Part shown: one piece after another, positions 25,901 through 37,849 of the stretch
Layout: the number at the start of each line of letters is the position of its first letter
How positions within the stretch are numbered: position 1 is the stretch's first letter
DNA from: Eimeria praecox
Lineage: Eukaryota
Direction: 5' to 3'
Assembly: GCA_963920595.1 (NCBI GenBank)
Contig: OY986949.1
Coordinates: 2,046,001 to 2,110,000 of the forward strand
Length of the DNA stretch: 64,000 nt
The notes under the pieces: generated by a model
Databases searched by the model: none
Seen by the model: the letters and a program-made list of their open reading frames with translations, nothing else
What the model was told of the DNA's origin: nothing
Made by a program: the position numbers and the translations under genes

Positions 25901-28900
25901 GGGGTCCTCACTGAGCTCCATTTGCGCCTTTCTCGCACTGCCTTGAATTTTGGGACGTCCGAAAACACGATTCGCCGAACGCAGCTAATAAAGGTTCACA
26001 ATCCGTCCCTCCTGATAGCATCATTCGGTTTCCGTTCTTCTGATCGCGCTCTGCGCGTCTTAGAACCCCCGCACTTCTCAGATCTTGATGGAGGACTAAA
26101 TAGGCAGCAGGCATTAAAGAGCAGCCAAGATAACCGCCAGCCTGCACCAGACATTCCCTGCTCCGCCCCTCCGCAAGATCCCAACGGTGTCGTTGCTTCT
26201 TCCAGTGATTCTGCTCCGACGGAGCAAACCCTAGGTCCAAAGCGGTGCTCAGGGCCTGGGGAATTGCCTTTGGACGACTATCAAGACACACAGACACTGC
26301 CTCCCTTTTTAGCCCTTCGGCAGCTCCAACAGACGGACAGTAAAACGTGGGACGATCTTCATCAGTACCTTCCCCATCTCGATTGCGGGGGCACAGGCCT
26401 GCTGCTGCCAGGAGAGACACGAAGCTTCGCTGTGGTACTCGACCCGACAGAGCTACGCTGCGATGCTCACGCCTTGCAACTAGCTACAGGAAAGGCGGTC
26501 GAACGTGAAGGCGAGCTTCGCATGCGAGTCCTGTTGGCCAGCCAAGCCGCCTATGAAGTCAAAATCCCTTGGTCTGTTACTCTCATGGAGTCTCCGGTTG
26601 CTATTTTGCCGGCGCCTACGCTGAAGTTTCCTGCCATACCTGTTGGTCAGAGGTCATCGGCAACGTTAGAGTTGAAGCTTCTAGCCAATCAAATTGCACT
26701 CGGAAGGGTGGAAGCCGAAGGAATCCCAAAGCACTCTAGTTCCCCGGAAACGCCTTTAAAAGAAAACACGCAGTTCACAGCTATTCTGGTAGAAGTCCAG
26801 CAACCACCTCCGAGCCTTAGTGCACTCAGCATTGCCCCAACTCGAGTGTTGCTCTACTCCAAAAAGCGCACCGCTTCTCTATTTATTTGCTTTAACCCGA
26901 CCAACGAATACATGCAAATTCAGCAGCTGCCACCACCAGCAATCGGAGCGCAAGAAGCCGTGGCGGACCTCGAAACATCTTCTCTTTGCAGTACCTATGA
27001 AACTGTGAAACTTGGACCCCAACAGAGTGGTGGGGCTCCGAACGGTGAGAAGGCACAACCAATAGCATCAGCTGGAAGTGCCAAAGGCCGCGAAGCAGCT
27101 AAAAGGGCAGGAAAACCCGATGGAAGCACGCCGGTCGACTCAAAAGCGACAACAGAAAAGCGCCCGCATAGAGATGTAAAGCCTAAGCAAAGTAAAGCAA
27201 GCCTCAAGGCTGGAGGAAGCATTGGAGAGGAAGGGGAAACTGCCACAGCGTGCCCCTCAGAGGACTTTGCTGAGGCTGCTGCCAATGGCAACAGTGTGGC
27301 AACAGCTGGTGGTACTGAAGGGTGTAATGATACTGTGGCCCCCGCGCAGGAGCGGAATAGTGGCGCGGCTTTACAGGAGGCGCTACTGGAAATGACCAAG
27401 GCTGGAGGCGTACGGTGGACTAGCTTGGAAGAGGACGGGGGAGGCGACTTTTTTGCATTTGATAATCCAAGAGCTTTTCACCACGCACGGTGGCTAGTGC
27501 CACTGAAAATATGCCGCCTTACACCCAGACAGGTCGACGCTTTCCTTGCTGGAAAGGAAATGGATTCTCTTCAACCGCCTGTGTGTGGAGTTTCACAGTC
27601 ATTTATCGAGGTAAGGTAGTCCTTTGGGAAGCTGATTTCGGTGCCACTGTTCGCTGTACAGCTCTTAATGCGGTTATTGTTATGACTGTGCTTAGGTCAG
27701 CACTTGCGCTACTCCGCCCCTCGTCGTTGCATCCTTACAGCAGGTGGACTTCGGCTCGGTGATGGTGGGGCAGCGGGTGTTTCAGCAGGTTCACATTACG
27801 TGCGCTCCTTTTGCACCACCCTGCTCCCACGTCTTCCACGCCTTACCACTGCCCTTGGGCTGCAGGTTCAGCCTGATCAGCGCTGCTCGAGAAGTCTCAC
27901 CTGAGCGCCCACTCTGCCTCACCATTGCCTTCCAGCCGAATGCACCACAGGCAAGAGATCCTTTTGAACTGTCTCCAGACCCTCTGAACTGCATCCAGGC
28001 CTTTCCTCTTGGCTTCCCACGGCAGCAGACCAGTGCAAATTGCCAACCGCGCAGAGCTCTCTATGGTTTCTCAGAGACAATGCAGGTGTACTAGAGGAGT
28101 CATGTTTGAGTAAGGGCGTGCTAACGGTATTTGTTTTCACTGCAGAACTTCGGTGCCGATCTGGTCCTTCAGTCAGCCCGCACCCGGATAACAGTCTCCT
28201 TGAGCGGTTCGGGCATTCAGCAAACAGTCGACGTGGTTCCGTTTCAGACAGCCTACGACATGGGAGCTGTGCTATGTCCGCCTCAAGGCAAAGGTACCTC
28301 CTGGCTAAGAAGTAGCATGCTAAGCAGTAGTGGGGAAGCTACAAGAGAGCCAGTTGCTTCACGGCTTCTTCTGTTGAGTATGGCCTTTCTTTGTTGCAAA
28401 GGAATGTGCAAAACTGAAGCACTCACGTGTTTTCTTTCATCGTACTGGTGGCGGGTCTTAACGCTCATTTAAAAGACAAAATGCATCCAAACAACTTGAC
28501 CTGCTCGTTACCCGATGCCTGCAGGGGCCGTCTGCGCGTCTTCGACAAGCTATGCCGTGTCTTTGAAGAATAGAACGTCTACTCCATTGGCGTTTACGCT
28601 TGTTCCCAAGCAAAGCCGTTACCCTCAGCTAGATTGTGCCAAAGCTGGAACAGGTCTGAGCTGCTTTTCGTGTGAACTACAGCAAGGTGTGATTCTCGGG
28701 TTAAGCTCAGTGGAGCTGGTCTTCCATTTCCGCCCCCAGCGCCCAGGTGCAGTCTATCATTTCAACTACTTTTTCCTTGGCCTTAAAAAAGCGTTTGAAC
28801 AGGCTGGGACACTTCCTGCCACCTACCAAAAAGGCTTAGTTCTAAGGGCTTGGATCATGTGACTTGAATGCGTTGTAGAGGGCTGGCTAAGAGGCGATTT

Positions 28901-30123
28901 CGAGCTAGCGTTTGCCACTGAGGGGCATGCTTCCAAGGTTTTGAGTTTCTTTGGCCTTGCAACTGCAAATCCAATCTATGTGACCGTACCACTACTACAC
29001 GGTGGGTCAAATGGTCCCCCGCGGGAGGCCTTAGCCTGCTCTCCGCATGAGAGCAACAGCGGCCACAACAGCAGCAACAAGTGCTGCTGCGATGGATTGG
29101 CGGAACCCAAAGATTTTGAAGAAGCTTTACGGGCTGGTACCACCTGCTTGGCGTGTTGCATGGAGTGCCTACCACGGCTTTCCGCAGAGCGGAACCTTCT
29201 GTCCGCTGAGGATCTGGACTCCCCCTGGAATCGCGCAGTTACAGATGAAGGAAATCCAACACCCAAAGCAAAGGGGCAGAGCCTTTCTCATCAGCAAGCG
29301 CAGCTGGGGGGGAGTGACTCCGGTTCAGAGAAAAAGCGCTTCGAGCTGCAGCAGAGCCAGCAGACAATTCATGTCAGATTCGGTTCGCCTTCCCGCGGTG
29401 GCTCTTTTGAAGAACCAGATGCGTGTGCAGGCCATACGCAGGGAGATAGATTAATTCAAGAAGGTAGCAGCCAGAGACAACCCGCTCATATCCCTCTATC
29501 ACCAGGCCAGGATGAAAGGCAAAAAGGGGACACAGGAGGGCTGCAGCAAGAGGCCGATTTGATCATTGACAATGATGTAACGCGTACGATAATTGTTGCT
29601 GGGTCGTGGAGCCCCGGACGCCAGGGTTTGCCTCCCTACTCCTCCGTCAAGGGTGAAGCATCCGGGAGCTTCGAAATCACTCTAGACCCTTCACCACATT
29701 CCCGACTATTTACTTTTGAACCGTCAAAAGGAACTGTATCACCTGGAAGTCAGCAAATGGTTCGTGTTGGTTTTTCCCGGCAAACCCCAACGAACGGTGA
29801 GACAAACTATGTGCGGTGGCCTCAGCTACGATCACATAATCAAAGCTACTTTGCTAAATAATGCCACCTAATCCAGCTACTCAGTGTAGGCCACGTGTGC
29901 AAACAGGTGGCCTGTTCCATTCATCTTTCCAAAACGCTTCTTGTGTGTCGCTGCGCTTCCAGCGGAGGAACGCATCCGCGATGTACTTAGCCACCAACCA
30001 ACGGCGATCCTAAAAGAACAGCAAGTAACCGCTACAGCCAGGCTGTGCTACCGGGGGGCTACAAGCGGAGGCAGCTCCCAAAGCCAAGAAGTGGCTGTCA
30101 TTCGACTCAGCGCACCACTGTGA
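22994..30123 (+). CDS. CFAP74: Cilia- and flagella-associated protein 74 (central-pair ASH/Hydin-like Ig-domain protein), multi-exon; the true start lies upstream, possibly ~21.8-22.9 kb
   Basis: RIAGRVYSGPSFRCSPSAVTFKGFEAGGVYSQDVEVTNVSLGFSTFRVLPL...AAGRMSAGRSTRLTVTFTPK..DLKTEILLLSPTGPQSLPVICSRKR matches my recollection of the CFAP74 conserved domain. Further ASH-like repeats (LNFGTSE, DFGSVMVGQ, YDMGAV). Stop at 30123. Confidence 0.8.
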
Positions 30124-31319
30124 GCTGCACGGTCATAATGCAGCAAGTTCGTATGTCGCTAACTGCACGCAGGCAAACTCAATGCCCACCGAGTCTCTGT
30201 CTATCCGCACGAGGAATGCTTTTAAAAACAACGAAATTATAACCTTTTGCCGTCCCCTAGCGGCCAATTTAGGGTGTTACGCCTTCACCTGCAACTTGCT
30301 CATCATGCATCCTGTACGAGCGCAAAAAGCGAATACATGAAACATGCTTCTTAAGCAAGGGACATTAATGCAGTTCGTGCAACATCATGTTCCCAACGCT
30401 TGCTGTCTCCCCATGGCGGCAGCGCCACGCTTTGAGTTTGCGAAAAGCGCGACGACAGTAGGTACAGCTTACCTGGTAACTCAAGGTTTGAGCCAGCCTA
30501 GTCCGACGCATTTTAACCGAAATTTGTGCTTAGACTCACTGTGTATTTGCTGAGCACTCCTTGCCGCCGGGATAGTGCTGGGGGCACGCAATGAGGTGAT
30601 CACCCCCACGGAAATTGGGAACAACGCCTATCTCAAAAATGATTTTGGGTAATATATATAGGATTTTAGGCTACTTGAATGATGCTTGGGCATCCCTTTC
30701 CGGTTTCGCGAACGTCACAAAGCAGCCTGGAACCAGGCCCGTGCTCGCGCTCACCGCCGGTCGAGGGTGACCTTGCCCACCTCCTGCTATTGAAGGGCCA
30801 ATTTACAGCCTATTCAGCAAATTGGCTCTAGAAATGCTTAATCGGCAAAATTTCGGTGTGTGCAAGGGCAACAATAACCGAGAACCAAGTGGTGGTCGTT
30901 TCGACCGTGGGGTCTATCGCCCCGGCAATAGGCTCTTCGTGGGCCAAAGCTTTCCGACCAAAGCGGGAAGACTAGCACCACTTTTCTCCCGAGTGACATC
31001 TGGCCTTAAGCTTCATATACGTTTTCAGTGATTTGAAGGAATTTCCACGGAGTGATGAGAAAATGTGCATTTCAACACCGTAGTCTTCCAAAGCTCCGTA
31101 AGGTTTGATCATGAGCGAGGCAGCAAGGAGGGAGAGGAGAAAGCCGCTGACCACCCGAACCTTCAAAGACAGGGATATTTCAGAGGTTTTGCTTCTGTTC
31201 CAGCCCTCTTTCCCCCCCCGCGGTTAGGGTTTCACTCCTCTTGCCGGAGACGCAACGCGGAACCGGCATGACCCACCAGGAGTAAAAGGCAACGAAACGT
31301 CGTGTCGAAGTCACACAAG

Positions 31320-34300
31320 ATGTCAGAAAGGGGTGACGGTGGAGGTAGGTGGGACCCGCGATCAGGCCGCCGTCTTGGCTCGGAGGGTCGGGGAGAGTGG
31401 GGTGAGCGAAGGGGCGAGCGTAGAGAGGAGCGGTGGCATGGAGAGGGTCGAAGAGAAGGCGGCCGTCGAGGGAGCTGGCACGCTTCAGGACCTACTCGGC
31501 GAGGGGAGAGCAGGGGCCCAGGGCCAAGGGGAAGAGGCCGTGGATTTCGGCCCAGCCCTAGACAGCGGCCTTTGACCGAGAGCCTCGAACGCGCCCTGGA
31601 GCCCACAAGCCAAAGGCGAGGCCAAATATTATGCAATGCGTGGACAATGCGCCTAGAGGAGGGCCTGCAAGCTTGGGGATACCCACTGAGCATAAAGGAA
31701 CGCGGAACTGAAAGGCCGGTGGGTGCCTGCGGCGCGCTTTGCCTTTGAATTTTCTCTCACCTCAGGACCCTTTCTAGCCAAACTACCAGTTGCGCAGGGC
31801 CTTTCTTGTGGCTTTGCAGGTAGAGGAGAGAAAAGAGCGCAGAAAGATCTTGGCACAACTGCTGAAGGCGCTTACTGGAATCCAGGAGCCCCCGGAACGC
31901 CAGAAGCCAAGAAAAATTGTCTCTCGAGGTGCTCAGCATTCGGAGCTACTCCGGTGGGTTATCGTCTATTCCGAACGCATACGGGAACTTATTCGTGATG
32001 AGCCAACACGAGAAGTCGCTGTACGTGACGGAGACGCCCCACTGAAGGTTTATACTGTTACTTTTGGAGAAGAGCGCGAGGTGGGTAGAGCCCTTGCAAT
32101 GCAAACGTCGCTCCTGTGGGCCTACAAAGAGGCATCACTGGACGATTCCCAAGTTCCAGAGAGCAAACAATCCTTTGGGTTTTGAATATATGCTGCTTTA
32201 TGCAGCTTACTGGAGCCAATTGGCGCTTTTACTTCGTTGCGGCCATGATGATTACCCTGGAGGCAGCGAACTACCAAAGGGCGTTGGGTCAATCTCAGTA
32301 TATCAGACTGGACCCTCGTTCCCTTAAAACTGACATGGAACTCTACGGTGTTGATGCGACCCTAATCCAGAGCGAAAAAGGTAAGCACAGTTTACTGGGG
32401 GCTTGAAGCTAGTCGGAAGGCTGTGGTGAGCCGCCCTGGGGCTTGTTGCTGCAGTAACTTAGCGTACTTATTGCCTTCTACTTGCCCCTGACTTACCCCT
32501 ACTTTCGCACGCTTGCATCGGCACACATTTGTAGGATCAAAAGGCCATATTTGGATCTTAAAGCAGAGCGTATGCTAGCATCCAGTGCAAGCGTGCTTCT
32601 TTTCTACATCCGTTTTAACTCCGCAGCCTGGTTGCTGAAGGTGAGCAGACACGACCGCAAGCTAGAGGCAGGCTTTCTAGAAGACCGCCTGCGGGAAATG
32701 GACTACCAGAGAGCCCAGCTTACATACAGGAACCGTCTCTGCGTCACGGTGCACAAGGGAAACATATACAGAATAATAGACATCACCGATACGACCGCCG
32801 ATAGAGCAACGTTTGACAAAGGCGGAGCCACCATCACTGTAGCACAGTATTTCAAAGATGCCTACAACGAAAATGTGGAGGGTAAGCAGGTAATCATGGC
32901 AAAAGAGGCTCGCGGAGGTTCGAGGCTGTGCTATTTGCCTGTCAATCTCCTCAGAGTCATCGCGCAGGCACCACAGGTGAGGCCGCCTACAAAGCCTCCC
33001 CCAGACAGCCAGCAAACTGCCTCTGCTATCAACTACACGAATGCATCAACCCATGTGGAGAGCCTCACGGCACTTAAACGGGACTAGAAGACCAGGAGGG
33101 CACTAGGGACTCGATTTGGTTTGCGCGAAGACCGTCGAGGGGGGGAAGATATATGTGGTGCATGCTTGTTTCAGCCGGTTGAGGGATCGCGGGCAATGGT
33201 GAGACCTAAAAGTGCCCAAGAAACCCTCGTGGAGTGCACCGAGCTGGTAAAAGATATACTTCGCACACCAGCTGTGAAAGAGCAGATGGCAGAGCTTAAG
33301 GTGCACATTGGGGACAATGGCGGACTCCCCATTGATGTCCAAAAGGATGTAAGTGGTATGGTGTTTGCCGCGTGGCCGTTCTTTCTACGAATAAGGATCT
33401 TACCTAAACCTTTGCTTCGGACATATGGCAGCTGCCCTTAAGAACCACTAGAACCCTGCTGTGGGTGACTCACAGATCACAAGCCTGCGGAAGGTAATGG
33501 GTGAAGAGCAGCGCTATGGCGAGCCCAGGATTTCATGGGGTCCCGAAGGAAGAGAAGAACAGCAGGACACATTTGTAGAACTGACTCCTGATTTTCGCGC
33601 TCGGCTTTGCCAGCATCTTGTAAGACTTCGCATACAGCTTCCCGATGAACTGCGAGGGTTGGAGACTGCGAATGAAGGAGGCGTTTTACCAACGGTCACC
33701 GAGCATGACGGGTTGGGGAACCTTCTGTCTCCGATAGGTCGTTCCTGTCTGCCACTTCAATTCCCTTCTTTTCGAGATCCTGTGCACTGCTAATCGCAGG
33801 TACTGCGACACAAAGTGCCGCTTAGCAGCCACTGGATGCTTGTTGTCTGCACTGGGCGCAGAGAACACGGGAGCTCCAGGGCTGTGGAGTCTATCAAGAA
33901 TACCATTGAGCTCACTCGACAAAGGTGATTGTAGGGACCTGTATCCCTTATAGCAAACGTGTCTGACTCAGCGGACAGAGTCTCTGTGCCGCAGGCACAA
34001 GCATTCCACAGTCCACCAACCGCGCTGGACGCATGCTGTTTTCGTCCAGCATACAGTATAGTTGTGCTTCTTTCAGCTCCTTTTGGGGGTAAAACAGACC
34101 GAGTAAGTTGCATGGGTTGGAGTGTTATGCACACGCAGAATTCGCCACAGGGGTCAACTGACTGTCGATATGGAAGCGCCGGCTTGCTGCGAGCATTTCA
34201 TCCGAAGCGAAGCTGACTGGAAGAAGGGAAGAGTTGAGAGGACTAAGAGGAGCTTGCGAGATCTGTTCATAAAACAGAGACACGGCCTTCGAGGAGCTAT

Positions 34301-37300
34301 TATTTTGCTCGCTTACGATTCAGATGACACGAACAACAGAGTGCGCGTGGCTGCAAAACAAGTAGGCCGCGCAAAGCCATTCGTGGCATGTTAGGATCTT
34401 CGGCCCTCGCTCGTAGATACCCCTAACAAGGTGCAGATATCGCATCAGGGCGGGAGACTACGACTTAATTTTGGCCCTGAAGCAGCCGCTTGATGCCTGT
34501 CAGGCGGGGTGGAGCGCATTTGCAGGTGTCCGTTCAACAAGACTTTCCAATACAATGCTGCAAACTTCAAACTCTGCAAGCCTTCAAGAGTAGACCCGAG
34601 GATAAGTCCATGAACATGTGGTGGAATGTCTATCTACAATTTCAAACGAAGATAACTGACGACTCTCTTCATGCGGGAGTTCCTTGGGTCGCGGATCAGC
34701 TGTTGGCGCCTATCAGGGAAGGTGTGCGACCGGTGAGTGCCGTCCAGCTCCATCACACACAGCACATTCACACAATGACGAAGCAGGCTGCTCATATCAA
34801 ATGAGCCGAAGTATTCGTCAAGGCTGTGGCTACTGCGGGCGCTTGTGGGTCTTCAGCCACAAATTTCTGAGGTGGTGCGGGCTATTGGCATAGCGGTTAA
34901 TTCCTTCGGGTAAGCATATCATTAAGGCCTTTTGCTGATTGCCGGCTAAACTAGCTGGACTAAGTATTGAAGAAGCGTTAACGCTGATTCATTGCAACCA
35001 GTGCACTTCGCTGACACGCTTTGCAGCACGTAGGAGCACTGAAACCTTGCAATATTTTGGGCAAAACCCCCTTTTCCATATCTTCTGTAGGGCGTGTGGT
35101 GCGAAGTGCAATCTACTCAGGCCCCCTAACGCGCGTTGCGGAGTCGTAGGCATTGTAGGGGGAAGAAATGTTGCTCACACTCAGTTCATGAGCCACATCG
35201 GAGCATCGGCTCCTACCAACTACCGCGCGGGAGTCATAAAGGACATGGCGAGGCACTTCAAGCTTTTTTGGGAGAAACTAACCTTTGAGGAGACAACAAA
35301 GCCGCATAAGCATGCACCTGCCCACATTCTTATATACAGGTCTGCTCCCAGCGGAAGTTCGCAGATAAAAGAGGTCCTGGCCCAAGAGGTAACAGCCATC
35401 AAAAGTGTCCTTGGCGCTGACCTTGGCAATTTCGAGTTCTCCCCAGAAACCAGTGAACTGACCATTGAACACCCCATGGCTACCGCCTTCCCCGATGCTG
35501 AATTTGCAGTTGTCCTGACAGTATGCTCTGTTGATGAGATGCGGAGATCTACTGGCAAGGCGGAAGAAGTCTCGCAGCATTCAAGGCCGAGACACGAAAC
35601 CCTGACTTGTCAAGGGGCAACCATTGGATCGGACGGCCGACACATCCTAAAGTTCAAGCTGGAAGAAGGAACAGTGCCTCTGCTTCAAGCGATGGCCATA
35701 CTAGTGTCAGAATTCGATGCTCCTGAGCCAGAAGCGTTCCAGGTGCTCAGGCCGCTCTACTTGTGGATGGAAGCGTTGCTCTTCATTCGCTTTGCAGATG
35801 CTGTCTTGACTTCATTTCAGCTTCAAAACGACCTTCATATGCGTCGCAGCAATAGCACCTACTCAGTTTTGCTTTTAATGGTTTTTCTGCCTGCAGCTTG
35901 AAGAGGGAGAAGATGGAAAAAGAATTACATTGCCAGAAGACCACCCGCTTCTGGTTTATGCAAAGTCTAATTCGAGGTGGCTCAAAAATATCGAGCTGCA
36001 GTTTACGACTACCGCCGATGGTCCACTTGGTGAGTTCACAGAGTCAGAATCCTCTGTCTTTGCAGCATCGTGCCTATCACTTACGAGCAGCAGCCTGTTG
36101 CATTTCGGGTTTGCAAATAGCTGGCGGCGCTCGACGGCATAGGTGTTCAAGCCCCCCGGAACAAACCTTTCTTTGCAGATGGATTTAAAGGAGTCATTGT
36201 TCCCGTGAATGGAGAAATTTACGCTGACATCAACGTTAGGGAAACTGCATCGAGCCCACGAACTGAATTGCGTGCGGGGGATACCATTTATTTAAGACAA
36301 GCTGCAATCAGCCAGTTGATTCAGGTACAGCTGGAAGCACCTCCACGTTTTCCTTCGGCAGCTGGAGAGGCCCCTGATAACTCTCGCCTTAGCAGTTCTT
36401 GTACAGAGCGGAATGTGCAAAGTATGCCCGAAAGACCTCCACACATGCATGAACTGGCTCCCATAACCTTGTGAACGTTACAGAAGGTCTTTATCAATGT
36501 TTTGGTGAATCCACATCGTCCCGCCAACCCAATGAAGTTTTTCATGAAGGGGAGGGAGGGTGTACAAGGACTCCCTGTGGGGGCTTACATCGACAGGTGG
36601 GTGCCACGCTTTCCAAGTTGCGAGAATAAAGGTTTATGACAGGCATTATCGTTACTTCACTGAGGCTGTAGCGGAACTTGGCCGAGCTGCGTTGACTTTG
36701 TAACGCACCTGGGAGGTTGCTGCGGCTCAGCGGACCTATCATTCCTGTGGCTCCAAATACAGAAATGCCTGAGGAAAAGTTTTTAATAGGAACAGCAGAT
36801 CCCACGCGAGGCTCTCCTTCAGCATCCGAGTTCCACATTGCACAAAGTACGTGTGACAAATCCCGTTTTCAACTTTGTCAATGATAGCCAACAGAAACGG
36901 CGTTCTTGGGAGAGATTGCAGCGTCATTAGCTGCTAACCCGTTATGTGAAAGGGTGCGTTAGGCGTGGGTGCAATTGCAGACGAAAGCGACTGGTCTAAG
37001 CATTATCTGGCGGTGGTTTCTTACAAGCTTTGCCACATGTACTACAACTGGGCCGGTGAGCAGAGTTGGGCTCCTCCGCAATTCAGCGGAGTGCCGATGC
37101 ACATTCGGCATTATTGCAATGCCTTGAGCATTTGAGTTGACAAAATAAACAAACATGCGTTGTTTTTATGTTTGCGTTGATGACGAAGGTACTGTCAAAC
37201 ACCCGCACGTACTGCAGATGGCCTTGGCAATCGTGCGACAACACTCTATCTACATTGCATCGGAGAGCGGGTTTGGACTGGAGTCTGAGTTTGCACCCGA

Positions 37301-37556
37301 AGAAGCACCCGAAGAAGAGCCTCCTCCAGAACGTCCAGTTTCTCCCGAACTGGGTGAGGAGCCCGAAATTCGCGAACGTGTTCAAAAGAGGAGGCAGGAA
37401 GTGGGGCAGGAGGCCTTTGCAGCCGGGACACGTGAACAGCGAGAAACGGCGGAAGATATTGAAGAACGGAATGCAGGCCTAGAAAACCTGAAAGAGCTCA
37501 AAGCAACTCTAGAAAATAAAGACAGCGTCCTCATGACCACCGCCTTTATGCTCTAG
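31320..37556 (+). CDS. Divergent Argonaute/Piwi-family protein (RG-rich tail, N, PAZ, MID, PIWI), about 16 exons
   Basis: RG/RGG-rich N-terminus. PAZ VTVHKGNIYRIIDITD..ATFDKGGATITVAQYFKDAY...LCYLPVNLL (32680-32960). MID FPIQCCKLQTL...NVYLQFQTKI..GVPWV. PIWI PAHILIYRSAPSGSSQIKEVLAQEVTAIK, GLPVGAYID, RGSPSASEFHI, VSYKLCHMYYNWAG|TVKHPHVLQMA, and C-terminal AFML*. Most exons join in phase at GT-AG introns; the exon 9/10 junction is unresolved. Confidence 0.9.
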
Positions 37557-37849
37557 CGACAAGACAAGGGCTGAAAGGGCTGTTTGACTGCCAAGTAGGC
37601 AGCAGAAACCCTGCCTTGCGTACTGTTCTAATAATTCCTTGCGACGAGATACACGCATATCTGTTCCCTGGGCAAGAAATGCCAGGGATCAAGCAATATA
37701 CCTGTAGTTTGCCTCAGATTACGCTTTCTTGTGGGGCATAGCTTCCTCTGGGTGTGTCGGCCACTGACGATGCCTAGCTGTTGCCCCTTTTTCAAGCGTC
37801 AGCTGCTCCGGGGGATTTGCAGTCAAGGCCCGCGTTCAGCTTTCCCTTG

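Noticed and set aside
9400..30000. Antisense ORFs of 100-190 aa overlapping the Sec7 and CFAP74 genes
   Set aside because: Shadow ORFs of GC-rich coding exons with no recognisable motifs.
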